NCBI GenBank assembly: GCA_038887515.1
Contig: JAWAKK010000001.1
Span: forward strand, 256,001 to 320,000
DNA from: Candidatus Nezhaarchaeales archaeon
GTDB taxonomy: Archaea; Thermoproteota; Methanomethylicia; Nezhaarchaeales; WYZ-LMO8
Direction: 5' to 3'
DNA: 64,000 nucleotides
Shown here: positions 50,952-61,016 of the stretch, one piece after another
How positions within the stretch are numbered: position 1 is the stretch's first letter
How the letters are laid out: each line of letters opens with the position of its first letter
The notes under the pieces: generated by a model
The model's database searches: none
The model's input: only the letters and a program-made list of their open reading frames with translations
Told to the model about the DNA's origin: nothing
Made by a program: the position numbers and the translations under genes

Positions 50952-52157
50952 CTATATTTTTGTCTCTAGGTCTCCACGCCACATGGTTTCGAAGATCTTT
51001 CGGGCATCTTCGAGGCTAAGCTTCCTTGGATTAGCCTCAACCAATCTAGTTATCCTTAACGCTTTTTCAGCGAGCTTAATTACGTCTTCTTCCGGTACCC
51101 CCATCTCCTCGAGTGTTGTGGGCAGATCTAAATCAGTTATTAGGTCAAAGACCTCAGCTATGGCTAATTGAGCAAGCTCCCTACTGCTTAATCCCCCCTC
51201 CTCAAGACCCATAGCTATGGCTATTTCTGCTAGCCTTTCAGGTATTGCAAGCATGTTGAACTTCATTACGTAGGGAAGAGAGATGCCACATGCCATTCCA
51301 TGCGGTATCCTGTACTTTGCTGCGAACGAGTAGGCGATAGCATGGCCTATGCAGTTGCTGGAGTTACTGAAAGCCAGCCCTGCCAAGAGCGCGGCTTCGC
51401 TCATCGCTCTCCTAGCTTCAATGTTTTCCCCATTACTATAGGCTCTTCGCAGGTTCGTAGATATTAGGCTTATAGCTTTGAGGGCTAAGGAGTCCGTAAA
51501 TGCGTTAGCCTTAAGCGACATATACGCCTCAATGGCGTGAGAGAGAGCATCTATACCTGTTATAGCCGTAAGCCTAGGATTCATAGTAATGGTTAAAAGA
51601 GGATCGACTACGGCTAAGTCGGCGGTAACGTTCTCACTCACTATACTATCCTTTATCTCCTCCCTCTCGTCAATCAATACTATAGACTTCGATACTTCGC
51701 TACCGCTACCAGCTGTTGTTGGTATAAGTATTAGTGGTAATCCTTTTTTGGGGACCCTTTCAACACCAATGTATTGTTTTAATGGTTTAGGGTTTGCTGA
51801 GGCAAGTGAAGCCGTTTTGGCCATGTCTAGACTACTACCTCCCCCAAACCCTATTATGAAGTCAATTTTCATGTCGCTTTTCACTAACTCAGCTACGTAA
51901 TCAAAGACCTTCTCTGCTTGACCAATGGTTGGCTCAGGCCCGTAGTCGCTATAGACTATGTAGTCTACCTCAGCTTCTACGAGCTCGGCCTCCACGACCT
52001 TCAACCTACCGGACTCGACAGCATTCCTCCCCGCGATTACCAAGGCCCTCTTACCGAAGTTTCTTAGACCCTCGTTAAGTTTCTTAACAGAATTTAACCC
52101 TACCATTACATTTGGAATTCTAATAATGTGGCATTCGTAGGATTGACGTAAGTTCAA
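50952..52157 (-). CDS. Iron-containing (group III) alcohol dehydrogenase
   Basis: GGGSSLDMAK, PTTAGSGSE, DALSHAIEAY, GHAIA and PHG motifs. Confidence 0.92.
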   Translation of the reverse strand: MNLRQSYECHIIRIPNVMVGLNSVKKLNEGLRNFGKRALVIAGRNAVESGRLKVVEAELVEAEVDYIVYSDYGPEPTIGQAEKVFDYVAELVKSDMKIDFIIGFGGGSSLDMAKTASLASANPKPLKQYIGVERVPKKGLPLILIPTTAGSGSEVSKSIVLIDEREEIKDSIVSENVTADLAVVDPLLTITMNPRLTAITGIDALSHAIEAYMSLKANAFTDSLALKAISLISTNLRRAYSNGENIEARRAMSEAALLAGLAFSNSSNCIGHAIAYSFAAKYRIPHGMACGISLPYVMKFNMLAIPERLAEIAIAMGLEEGGLSSRELAQLAIAEVFDLITDLDLPTTLEEMGVPEEDVIKLAEKALRITRLVEANPRKLSLEDARKIFETMWRGDLETKI

Positions 52158-52373
52158 TCACGCACACCATTACGAAGCTTGTAGAGAAGGATATTAAAGG
52201 GTTAGGGTTTAAGAGCAATGCCTCCTTATAGTGTTACTCATGATGCTGTGCCTCACATAGTTGAGAAACGTTGGAGACGTCGCCGAAATCCTCCTATAAA
52301 AACATATTTTTCATTAAAATTAAAATCGGGGTGTATAATATTTGTTATGACAATTCAGTACTAACATAAAGGC

Positions 52374-53318
52374 TTGGTAAAAATGAAGGTAACTTGTCTA
52401 TGCGGTGGGGTTGGAGCCGCAAGATTCCTTCAAGGTCTAGTTCAGGTTGTTAATCCTTCAAACGTTACAGCAATAGTGAACACGGGGGACGATGTTGAGA
52501 TAAACGGTTTAATTATCTCTCCCGACATAGACATTGTAATATACCATCTAGCTGGCATAGTTGACGAAGAAAGAGGATGGGGTATAAGGGGAGATAATTT
52601 TAACTGCCTTAAATCTATGGAGAGGTTCGGTCTTGAAACGTGGTTTAAGCTAGGAGACATGGACTTAGCAACCCACATATTCAGGACATACATGCTGAAA
52701 AGGGGCTTTAAGTTAAGCGAAGTGACTTATGCCGAGTGCAAGGCTCTTGGCGTAACTGCAAAGGTATTGCCAATGACCGATGATAAGGTCACAACGATGA
52801 TCAAGGTGAACGGTAAATGGGTTCACTTTCAAGATTACATGGTTAAAATGGCCTGTCAGGGGATCATTGAAGGATTGTGTTTTGCGGAAGCTGAAAAGGC
52901 TAAGCCAGCTCCTGGCGTTTTAGAGGCATTAAAAGAGGCAGGTGTAATAGTGATTCCGCCAAGCAATCCCATAGTCAGCATAAAGCCGATACTGTCGATA
53001 CAAGGGATTAAAGAGGCAGTAGAAAGAGCAGAGAAGGTTGTGGCAATAAGCCCAATAGTTGGGGGTAGAACAATTAAAGGACCGGCCGACAAACTTATGG
53101 CGGCCTTGGGATTTGAAGTCTCGCCTCGTGGTGTTGCTGAGATATATAAAGGTTTAATAAAGTACATGGTTATAGATCAAGTAGATGCGCACTACGTAGA
53201 CCGTATAGAGCAATTGGGCATTAAGGTTGGCATTACAAATACAATAATGAAGGACCTAGAAAGTAAGAAGATGTTAGCTGACTTCACACTAAAGCTAGCC
53301 TTAGGTAGTTTATCATGA
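52374..53318 (+). CDS. cofD: 2-phospho-L-lactate transferase (F420 biosynthesis)
   Basis: GGVGAARFL, NTGDD, SPDID, LGDMDLATH, PSNPIVSI and KGPADKLM motifs. Confidence 0.93.
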   Translation: MVKMKVTCLCGGVGAARFLQGLVQVVNPSNVTAIVNTGDDVEINGLIISPDIDIVIYHLAGIVDEERGWGIRGDNFNCLKSMERFGLETWFKLGDMDLATHIFRTYMLKRGFKLSEVTYAECKALGVTAKVLPMTDDKVTTMIKVNGKWVHFQDYMVKMACQGIIEGLCFAEAEKAKPAPGVLEALKEAGVIVIPPSNPIVSIKPILSIQGIKEAVERAEKVVAISPIVGGRTIKGPADKLMAALGFEVSPRGVAEIYKGLIKYMVIDQVDAHYVDRIEQLGIKVGITNTIMKDLESKKMLADFTLKLALGSLS

Positions 53319-53689
53319 CCGTAGTCGAGAAGTACTTAATAGCCATAATCATCAACGAAGTTGGTGTAGCTGAAGGCGAGCTAGTCAGAACATACGCCCC
53401 CATAACGATATCAAACATAGTTAGGGCATTGCCCATTAGGTCTAGGATTTACAAGTTACCGGACAGGGTTTACCTAAAAGTAAGCTTAGCGATGGACGTT
53501 GAAAAACCTCGAGAGCAAGTCTCAAGGGGCGATATAGCGTTCTGGTCTCAAGCATCTGCAATAACGTTTTTCACAAAAAATACGAAGCTTTCTCAGCCTG
53601 TAAGTTTAGTAGGCAAGGTGACGAAAGGGTTAAATCTAATAGAAAGAACGCCAATGGGTTCTCCGGTAACTATCCAGTTAATTAATTAA
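53315..53689 (+). CDS. Cyclophilin-like fold protein
   Basis: APIT and RGDIAFW motifs; ATGA overlap with cofD. Confidence 0.7.
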   Translation: MTVVEKYLIAIIINEVGVAEGELVRTYAPITISNIVRALPIRSRIYKLPDRVYLKVSLAMDVEKPREQVSRGDIAFWSQASAITFFTKNTKLSQPVSLVGKVTKGLNLIERTPMGSPVTIQLIN

Positions 53690-54068
53690 GTTTCTCGGAA
53701 CCTTCACTTCGACGTGCTAAAGCTGTGAATGGAGGCGGTTCGTCTAAGCTTATAATCGGTATAGCTATCCATCCAGGCTTAGAACCTTCAGAGACGAGAA
53801 TGTACTCCTTGTTTTCTTCGGTTTTTATTAAAAGGTACTTACCATTTAACTCTTCATCACTCATGTAGTAATAAAATATTGGGAGACCATACATGTTGTA
53901 GTAATCGTGATATACAGCAAACAACCCATACACATGCTTTCTTTCGTATTCGAAGTGCACCACGTAAATAGTCTGACCCAAAGTCGACATTGATGCTGCG
54001 AACCTAGCTAAGTCGTTTAGGGTCTTAACTTTCACGGAAACTGTGGGTTCAACTGTCTTCTCGGACAA
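53682..54068 (-). CDS. Conserved hypothetical protein
   Basis: Clean ORF (LNDLARFA, YYNMYGLPIFYY) with a GGGGA SD. Confidence 0.65.
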   Translation of the reverse strand: MSEKTVEPTVSVKVKTLNDLARFAASMSTLGQTIYVVHFEYERKHVYGLFAVYHDYYNMYGLPIFYYYMSDEELNGKYLLIKTEENKEYILVSEGSKPGWIAIPIISLDEPPPFTALARRSEGSEKLN

Positions 54069-54101
54069 GGTCTATCCCCCACTACAAGCTTTAGTATATT
54101 T

Positions 54102-54812
54102 TTATAAGCTTTCAAACTTGCCTTCATAGCTATTCAACATTTTTATAACGTCTTCATAGTTTAAGTCTCTCCAATCTACAAAGGCATCTGCAACAGCGAA
54201 CCAAGGGCCGGTTCTAACATTTAAACATACTATGAGATCTACACACCTCGAAAGCTTAACCAAAGACTCTAGGCAACCTGTAGGTACCGCTTTGATTACC
54301 TCCTTCGCCCCCCTCGACTTAACGAATTTGATTGCCGCCGTCATGGTATAGCCCGCGGCTATGCCGTCATCGACTAAGACTATCTTAAGCCCATCGTACG
54401 AAGGATACTCCTTGCCTTTCCTTAAGAGGTAGTTTCTTTTCCTTACTTCTTCAACTTGCTCTCTCACGGCTTCATTTATGTCACTACTGCTTAAGCCCAT
54501 GCTTCTAGAAAAGTCTTCATCTATGAAGTATTCTCCGTCGGGATCTACTGCTCCGAAGCCGGCCTCCCTATTCCATGGTATCAAGAGTTTTCGACATATT
54601 ATTACGTCAAACTTCGAGTTTAAACTCTTTGAAACCTCTAGCCCGATAGGGATGCCGCCCATCGGTATAGCTAGGACGTAGTCGGCGCTTTTAACAATGG
54701 TTCGGCTCGCTTCTCCAAGTAACCTTCCAGCTTCAAACCTATCCTTAAAGACATGGAACTTACCTAGCAACTCTTCTTCGTATACTATGTTTTCCCATCG
54801 AGAAAGCCTCAA
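54102..54812 (-). CDS. Type I phosphoribosyltransferase family protein
   Basis: FKDRFEAG and VLVDDGIAAGYT PRPP loop. Confidence 0.88.
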   Translation of the reverse strand: MRLSRWENIVYEEELLGKFHVFKDRFEAGRLLGEASRTIVKSADYVLAIPMGGIPIGLEVSKSLNSKFDVIICRKLLIPWNREAGFGAVDPDGEYFIDEDFSRSMGLSSSDINEAVREQVEEVRKRNYLLRKGKEYPSYDGLKIVLVDDGIAAGYTMTAAIKFVKSRGAKEVIKAVPTGCLESLVKLSRCVDLIVCLNVRTGPWFAVADAFVDWRDLNYEDVIKMLNSYEGKFESL

Positions 54813-54950
54813 CCAAGTAACCCCTTATTTAATAACCCTCGCCCTCTTAGATAACTTAACTTTCAAAACTTTCAAAATTTATTAAAAACTAAAGCCTTTT
54901 AGCGGCACTGAAAGCGAAGAGATTTAAAGTTAAGCCTGCTGAGATATAGC

Positions 54951-55580
54951 GTGAGAGTTATGAGCACCGACAGGGAAAACCTCAAGGCCTTTTACACCGC
55001 TATAGACGAGATACTCTCATTCCTGAAGGACTTCAGAGACAAGCTGAATAAATCTGAAGTTGATAAAATGGTTGGCATGCTCGTCGAGGCGTGGGGATGG
55101 GGTAAAATAATTTTAATAGTTGGGGCTGGCCGAAGTGGTTTAGTTGGTAGAGCCTTCGCGATGAGACTCATGCACTTAGGCTTTAGGACTTACGTCGTTG
55201 GCGAAACAATAACTCCAGCCATAGGTCCCAACGACGTATTAGTTGCAATATCCGGTTCGGGCTCGACTGGAATAGTTGTAACAGCTGCTGAAGCAGCTAA
55301 AAAAGTTGGAGCCAAAGTAATAGCGATAACTTCATTTAGAGATAGTCCATTAGCTAAGTTAGCAGACCACGTGGTCGTTCTTCCTGGAAGAACTAAAACA
55401 GCCGTTGAGCAAGACTATTTCTCAAGGCAGATACTCGGGATACATGAACCCCTAGCTCCTTTGGGCACGTTATTTGAAATCGGAACAGCGGTTTTTCTTG
55501 ACAGTGTTGTCGCAGAGCTAATGTACAGGCTAGGAAAATCAGAAATAGAAATGAAGTTTAGGCATGCGGTGATAGAGTGA
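54951..55580 (+). CDS. hxlB: 6-phospho-3-hexuloisomerase
   Basis: [30 protein letters not shown] and RHAVIE motifs. Confidence 0.93.
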   Translation: MRVMSTDRENLKAFYTAIDEILSFLKDFRDKLNKSEVDKMVGMLVEAWGWGKIILIVGAGRSGLVGRAFAMRLMHLGFRTYVVGETITPAIGPNDVLVAISGSGSTGIVVTAAEAAKKVGAKVIAITSFRDSPLAKLADHVVVLPGRTKTAVEQDYFSRQILGIHEPLAPLGTLFEIGTAVFLDSVVAELMYRLGKSEIEMKFRHAVIE

Positions 55581-55610
55581 TGATATTTGGAATAAATAGG
55601 AATTATCAAT

Positions 55611-56684
55611 TTAGGAAGTAGTTAAGTCCTCAAGTACGGCTTTACAATCTACGTTTTTCAATACTATTTCCTTAACCTTCTCTATCCTCTTAACGTCGTC
55701 GGGCTTTATCCTGCCGCTTAATCTATGTATCATTTGTACCGTTGTGTAAGTGTCGTAGTTAACAAGTATGAGGGGGATGCCTTTCTCTTCAGCTTTTGCT
55801 ACGACCCGTGCTCCAGGGTATATTCCTCCGGTCAGAACTATGGCAGCTGTAGGCGTCTCGAGAACAGATAGTATGACGTCCGTTCGATCACCACCAACGA
55901 TCATAAGCTTGTTGGTTACCCTTTTAGCGTAGATGAGCGCCGAGTCACATCCCATAGCACCAATAAGTATCGTATCGTATGTACCGTCGATCTTGTCTTG
56001 AGCAGTTAAGACCTCGCCACTTAAGCTTATAGCTATTTCCCTTAGCGTTGGGTTTAGGAGATTCGGTACTTCTGGCACTAGACCGTAAACCTTTATGTCG
56101 AATTTTTCTAGCAGAGGAACCATGTCTTCCTTGATGTGGTAGCGCATATGATGAGGAACGAAGTTCAGGACAACACCTTGAAGCTTTGCTCCCATAGCTT
56201 CAATGAACTTCTTCTCAGCCATTAGTACATCGACGAATTCCTCGTTTGAAGTTTTGGCTACAAGCAACACTTTAGCGCCGATTTTTGTAGCTATCTGAGG
56301 TGCTGATAGTCCAGCGGTTAGACCAACTTTCGTATCTCTAAATCCTCCGAGTAGAACGTAGTCACATTCCTTCTGTACCTGGCTGTAGGCCCTAACTATC
56401 TCTTCCATTCCACGAGCGCCCAACCTCAAGAGCTTATCAACAAAGTGCTCGTCAACAATTATAGGACACAGGACCTCGTACGGGTAGGGTAGATCCAGAA
56501 TTTTTTTCAGAAGCACTACATCTTCGTCCATCGGCTTACCTTCGACGGTAGTTCCAGCCCACCCTATGGGTTTCATGTAGCATACCTTCATCCCTCCTTC
56601 GATTGCTTTGAAGGCTAGCCCTAACACTACGATGGTTTTGCCTGAATACACTTCAGGTGAAGTTATGAACAGGCTTTTAGTCAT
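55611..56684 (-). CDS. BioD-like plus DRTGG domain protein (Pta N-terminal-like)
   Basis: SGKT, YMKPIG, GGDRTD and IVLTGG motifs. Confidence 0.85.
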   Translation of the reverse strand: MTKSLFITSPEVYSGKTIVVLGLAFKAIEGGMKVCYMKPIGWAGTTVEGKPMDEDVVLLKKILDLPYPYEVLCPIIVDEHFVDKLLRLGARGMEEIVRAYSQVQKECDYVLLGGFRDTKVGLTAGLSAPQIATKIGAKVLLVAKTSNEEFVDVLMAEKKFIEAMGAKLQGVVLNFVPHHMRYHIKEDMVPLLEKFDIKVYGLVPEVPNLLNPTLREIAISLSGEVLTAQDKIDGTYDTILIGAMGCDSALIYAKRVTNKLMIVGGDRTDVILSVLETPTAAIVLTGGIYPGARVVAKAEEKGIPLILVNYDTYTTVQMIHRLSGRIKPDDVKRIEKVKEIVLKNVDCKAVLEDLTTS

Positions 56685-56687
56685 AAT

Positions 56688-58817
56688 TCACCACCATATC
56701 TTTGCATCCACAACTATACAACCTTTGAATTTCTCGTATACGAACAGCGGGTTAATATCGATTTCCTGTATCTCCTTGAACTCCGTGCATAGTGCAGAGA
56801 CCTTTAACAACACATCGACTACGGAGTCTATGTCTCCAGGAGGTTCACCTCTAAAACCTCTAAGCAATCTGTAAGCCTTGGTCTCCATTATCATGTCCAT
56901 AGCCTCACTCCTCGTGAGGGGAGCTAGCCTGAATGAAACTTCTCTTATAAGCTCTACGTATATTCCTCCTAGGCCAAACATTATCAGAGGACCAAACTGA
57001 GGATCCCTATGCATGCCTATTATCAACTCTTTGCCTTGGGGGACCATTGGCGTAACGACTACACCGTAAACCGCTGCTCCGGGCACGAATCTAGAGACAT
57101 TAGACATTATTTCATGATACGCTAGCCTTACATCACTTGGGGTCCTCAGGTTAACCTTCACACCACCTACATCAGATTTGTGGGTTATGTGGGGTGATGC
57201 TATCTTGAGTACAACAGGGTAACCAATACATTCAGCTGCCTGAACGGCTTCTTCGGCACTTTTTGCTATAATGCATGGAGCAGTTCTTATACCGCAAGCA
57301 TTAAGTACCTCAAATACTTCATCGGGCATTAAGATCTTTCTACCTTCCTCCTTAGCTTTCGAAAGTACTTCTCTTACAACCTCTCTATCAATGGGATACC
57401 TCGGACACTTTTCTTCCAACAGTCTCTTCTGTTTTTCTCGTATTTCTTTGTAGCTTAAGAGTAATCCAAGCGCTTTAACCGCTCTTTCAGGGGTATCGTA
57501 ATTTGGAATCCCACCGCATCTTAGGATTGATATAGCATTTGCAACCCTAGACCCTCCGAGAAAACTAGTCACTATAGCTCTATCCGGGTTCTTGGCTTTA
57601 AACTCCACGAGAAGCTTAGCGACTTCGTCCGGTTCGGTCATAGCCTGAGGCGACAATACCATAACGAAAGAATCTAGGTCTTCTTGGGTCAATAATATCT
57701 TGAGAACGGACTCGTACCTATCTGCTTTAGCATCTCCTAAGACATCTATGGGGTTATTAGTCGAGGACGCAGGAGGTAGGACGCTCCTCAACTTATTTAT
57801 CATATCGGTGCCGAGATCAGCTAATCTTAAGCCTAACTTTCCACAGGCGTCAGTAGCTAAAATGCCTGGACCACCGGCATTGGTCACTATGACTACATTG
57901 CCGTACCTCGGTATCGGCTGAGTCGCAAGACATCTAGCCGCATCGAGGAGATCCGAGAGGCACTCCGCCCTAATAACTCCAAACTGCTTGAATGCCGTTG
58001 AGTATGCAACTTCGCTCCCAGCCATAGCGCCCGTATGCGACGAAGCCGCCCTAGCACCTACCTCCGTAACTCCAGATTTCAAGATCACTATAGGTTTCCT
58101 TACTGAAACCTCTCGAGCGTACTTAACAAACTCCTCTCCTCTATCTATTCCTTCAAGATAGAGAGCTATTACTCTCGTTTCAGGATCTTCAGCTAGAAGC
58201 TTTATGAAATCTATTTCATTAAGGTCTGCCTTATTACCGAGGCTCACTACCTTACTGAAGGCTAAGCCCTCAATGGAGGCTCTATCTATTAATGACGCGA
58301 GAAGTGCTCCGCTTTGCGATATAAGCGCTATATGCCCTCTAGGCGGCATCGCGCTAGCGAAGGATGCATTTAATCCTATTGACGTATTAATGTATCCTAA
58401 GCAATTTGGTCCCAGAACTCTCATTCCATATTTCTTAGCTATTGATACTAGCTCGGCTTCCCTCTTAGATCCCTCGAGTCCTATCTCCTTGAACCCCGCC
58501 GATATAACTACTAGGATTTTAACTCCGGCTTGCCCACAGTCTTCAGCAACTTCCAGGACTCTCTCAGCTGGTACCACTATAACCGCCATATCAACTTCAT
58601 TATTTATACTAGACACCTTTGGGTAACACTTTAATCCAAGAATGCTATCAGCTTGCGGATTAACTGGGTAAACTTTACCCTTATAACCGCCGTCTATAAT
58701 GTTTTTCAGAACTGCATAGCCTACCTTTCCTTCAATTCTTGATGCTCCTACAATCGCTACAGACCTGGGGTTTAATAGCACTTCTTGGCCTGCTTCCGAG
58801 CTACATGTCTTTTTCAA
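56688..58817 (-). CDS. ADP-forming acetyl-CoA synthetase, fused alpha-beta
   Basis: PRSVAIVGAS, GPNCLG, SQSGA, SHTGAMAG, NPIDVLGDA and HKSDVGGV motifs. Confidence 0.93.
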   Translation of the reverse strand: MKKTCSSEAGQEVLLNPRSVAIVGASRIEGKVGYAVLKNIIDGGYKGKVYPVNPQADSILGLKCYPKVSSINNEVDMAVIVVPAERVLEVAEDCGQAGVKILVVISAGFKEIGLEGSKREAELVSIAKKYGMRVLGPNCLGYINTSIGLNASFASAMPPRGHIALISQSGALLASLIDRASIEGLAFSKVVSLGNKADLNEIDFIKLLAEDPETRVIALYLEGIDRGEEFVKYAREVSVRKPIVILKSGVTEVGARAASSHTGAMAGSEVAYSTAFKQFGVIRAECLSDLLDAARCLATQPIPRYGNVVIVTNAGGPGILATDACGKLGLRLADLGTDMINKLRSVLPPASSTNNPIDVLGDAKADRYESVLKILLTQEDLDSFVMVLSPQAMTEPDEVAKLLVEFKAKNPDRAIVTSFLGGSRVANAISILRCGGIPNYDTPERAVKALGLLLSYKEIREKQKRLLEEKCPRYPIDREVVREVLSKAKEEGRKILMPDEVFEVLNACGIRTAPCIIAKSAEEAVQAAECIGYPVVLKIASPHITHKSDVGGVKVNLRTPSDVRLAYHEIMSNVSRFVPGAAVYGVVVTPMVPQGKELIIGMHRDPQFGPLIMFGLGGIYVELIREVSFRLAPLTRSEAMDMIMETKAYRLLRGFRGEPPGDIDSVVDVLLKVSALCTEFKEIQEIDINPLFVYEKFKGCIVVDAKIWW

Positions 58818-58917
58818 GCTCCAATCACCGGACCTCCCCGCATCTTGAAGTGGTCTGTAAAAGAAAACCCTCCGAGTAAAAAAGGTTAGCTCTAAAAAAT
58901 ATTGTATACCTTAACAT

Positions 58918-58933
58918 TAGTTAACGTTAACTA
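58918..58933. promoter_or_regulatory. Perfect 16-bp palindrome TAGTTAACGTTAACTA
   Basis: Directly visible in the divergent intergenic region upstream of the acetyl-CoA synthetase operon. Confidence 0.5.
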
Positions 58934-59036
58934 TAAAGCCGCTCTATTAGTTCTCATGCAAATCTCGAAATATTGAAAGTCTCGCATTTTTGGAACGTAA
59001 AAAGTAAATTGTTTGTAGAACTAAATTATATATCAG

Positions 59037-59288
59037 GTGATTCGACTGAAAGTTGATGGGCAGATATTGGTAGATAAGCATCGTGACCCTCAAGGAAACT
59101 TTGTTGCACTAACGATCTCTGTTGTTTGGAAAAATCTAGCGCCTAAGCTGACGGTCTACGATCTAGATGGAATCGAAGTGGAATTATCAGGTGAAAAAGT
59201 GCTGTTAAAGTCTAGATCGCGAGCTAAATTAAAAGCTCTAATAGAGAAAGCAAGAACACTGGGGATCATCGTTTCAGGATCTCTCTAA
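59037..59288 (+). CDS. Small hypothetical protein
   Basis: 83-aa ORF with a GTG start. Confidence 0.55.
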   Translation: MIRLKVDGQILVDKHRDPQGNFVALTISVVWKNLAPKLTVYDLDGIEVELSGEKVLLKSRSRAKLKALIEKARTLGIIVSGSL

Positions 59289-59356
59289 GAGTCGTCAAAA
59301 TCGATGAAGTAAATAACATCTCTTTTATAGCATAACATTACATTTTACATTATTTT

Positions 59357-59412
59357 TCAGAGCCGGATGTACCGGTCATCCCTTTTAGGTCTCAAGTTCC
59401 AGCGTTCATCAT
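59357..59412 (-). ncRNA. C/D-box guide sRNA candidate
   Basis: Minus strand: ATGATGA-ACGCTGGAACTTGAGAC-CTAA-AA-GGGATGA-CCGGTACATCCGGCT-CTGA. Confidence 0.7.
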
Positions 59413-59508
59413 CTAATTGAGGATGCCTTGCTTGAGCTTAAAGCTTTCTGCTTAAAAACGCGTTTAACATGATTAGCTTTAATAGATAGTAGTAGGAGTT
59501 CTACACTT

Positions 59509-59570
59509 GGGCCTATGATGAAAGTCATGCCCACTGAAAACGATGACGTGTCCTAGGGTATCGGAGGCCC
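59509..59570 (+). ncRNA. C/D-box guide sRNA candidate
   Basis: GGGCCT-ATGATGA-AAGTCATGCCCA-CTGA-AA-ACGATGA-CGTGTCCTAGGGTAT-CGGA-GGCCC, with a terminal stem. Confidence 0.8.
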
Positions 59571-59571
59571 T

Positions 59572-59931
59572 CTAAGCTATGTAGTGCCCCCTTATCTCTC
59601 TAATTCTATCTTCTTCCTCTTTGCTTATGTTTGAACCCTTCTTGAGTACTTGAACTATAAAATTGCACACGAATTCTGGGTTTTCTCTAAACATTGCTTG
59701 CAAAGTCCTTAATAAGACGTTTACGTTCTTCGGTGGTAGGTCGCTAAGCATCTTATCAAGTCCCTCTCTCATCACGTCCCGTACATAGTCGTTAAAATCG
59801 CTCTCAGCCTCTATCACAGTATCATATACCTTCTTAAAGTTGATAAGCATCCTGTACTCATCTTCTTCGACCCTAACAACGATCTCTCTCATACCCCTCC
59901 GGTCTTGGAGAGGAAGTGAGAAACTTATCAA
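59572..59931 (-). CDS. Hypothetical protein (likely start MREIVVRV)
   Basis: GGAGGG SD before the ATG at 59892; possible ribbon-helix-helix-like N-terminus. Confidence 0.6.
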   Translation of the reverse strand: MISFSLPLQDRRGMREIVVRVEEDEYRMLINFKKVYDTVIEAESDFNDYVRDVMREGLDKMLSDLPPKNVNVLLRTLQAMFRENPEFVCNFIVQVLKKGSNISKEEEDRIREIRGHYIA

Positions 59932-59954
59932 TATTAGTGTTACCGGTGAAAGCT

Positions 59955-60905
59955 TTACTGAGTTATAGTTATCTTAGCTCCTTGATTGTCGGCTTTTACA
60001 ACAATGGTCCTACACTTCATCTTAAGCCTTCTTTTAATTTTATCCGCAATGACCTCGGCTTTGTCATCGCTTGTTACAGCGTAAACTGCAGGGCCCCACG
60101 AGCTCTGACCATAACCCTCAACCTTAAGTTCTTTGAGAACCTCTACGACCTTGAAAGACTGGCTACTATAGATGCCGCCTTGAACTTGAGAGAACATTGC
60201 CCCTACGGTCTCTTGAAGTTCCCTTAAAGATCTTCCGAAGGCTTCTAGATCTTCGTCTACAATCGCTGGTAAAAGTTTACACAAGGCTATGTATGCAGCC
60301 CTCTCAACCAGTCTTTCACTTTCACTTGAAGGTTTTAAAGATGCAAAGGCCCTCTTTTCAGCCCTCCCGCTGATCCCTCTGCCTACTGGTATTATTACGA
60401 TAAACCTCCACCACTCGGGCACGTCAAGCCTCACTAGGAGCGGTGGAAAGGAATTTTTAGAATTTTTAACTCCTCCATCGAGTACAAAGCCTCCTCTCTC
60501 AAATACGTAAGTACCTATGCCGGATTGTTTTCCTAGCCCCAAAGCCTTAGACACGTCGGGAACGCGAACTTCTATTCTATTTAGGGCCAGCAAGGCGTAG
60601 GCGACTGACAAAGCTAATTGAGTTGTAGAGCCGAGCCCAACATGTCGTGGGGCTATAGAATGAACCTTAACCCTCCCTTTATTGGCTCCGAAAACCTTAG
60701 CGGTTCGCTCCGCATATTTTTGAGCCAACCTTCTTTGAAAACCCTCAACAATGAGTTCGCCAGTCTCGTCTGCCTCAACTACAGTCCTCGGCTCTTCGAT
60801 ACCAATGCCGAGGGACACATAGAGCCTACCTTGAAAGCCCACTGGATTTACCATGCCAAAGTGAAGCCTTGAAGGCGTGCTGACCCACACTCTCACCATC
60901 ATCAC
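59955..60905 (-). CDS. mptG: Beta-ribofuranosylaminobenzene 5'-phosphate (RFAP) synthase family
   Basis: TPSRLHFG, PRHVGLGSTTQL, GGFVLDGG and GQSSWGP motifs. Confidence 0.9.
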   Translation of the reverse strand: MMMVRVWVSTPSRLHFGMVNPVGFQGRLYVSLGIGIEEPRTVVEADETGELIVEGFQRRLAQKYAERTAKVFGANKGRVKVHSIAPRHVGLGSTTQLALSVAYALLALNRIEVRVPDVSKALGLGKQSGIGTYVFERGGFVLDGGVKNSKNSFPPLLVRLDVPEWWRFIVIIPVGRGISGRAEKRAFASLKPSSESERLVERAAYIALCKLLPAIVDEDLEAFGRSLRELQETVGAMFSQVQGGIYSSQSFKVVEVLKELKVEGYGQSSWGPAVYAVTSDDKAEVIADKIKRRLKMKCRTIVVKADNQGAKITITQ

Positions 60906-61016
60906 CTTGACGAAGTTCTTACTAAAGATAGTTCAAGAGAAGAAAAAAATCTACTGTGAATAACTTCCAAGGAGACCGTAAATAATAAAAGGGGTTAAGA
61001 ATGCTAACACTTAGAC

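Noticed and set aside
52215-52300. ATGATGC...TTGA...CCGA C/D-like words with repeated CCTCCT
   Set aside because: C box imperfect and no credible C' box.
55577-55610. GTGATGA C box at the hxlB stop
   Set aside because: Explained by tandem TGA stops; no D boxes follow.
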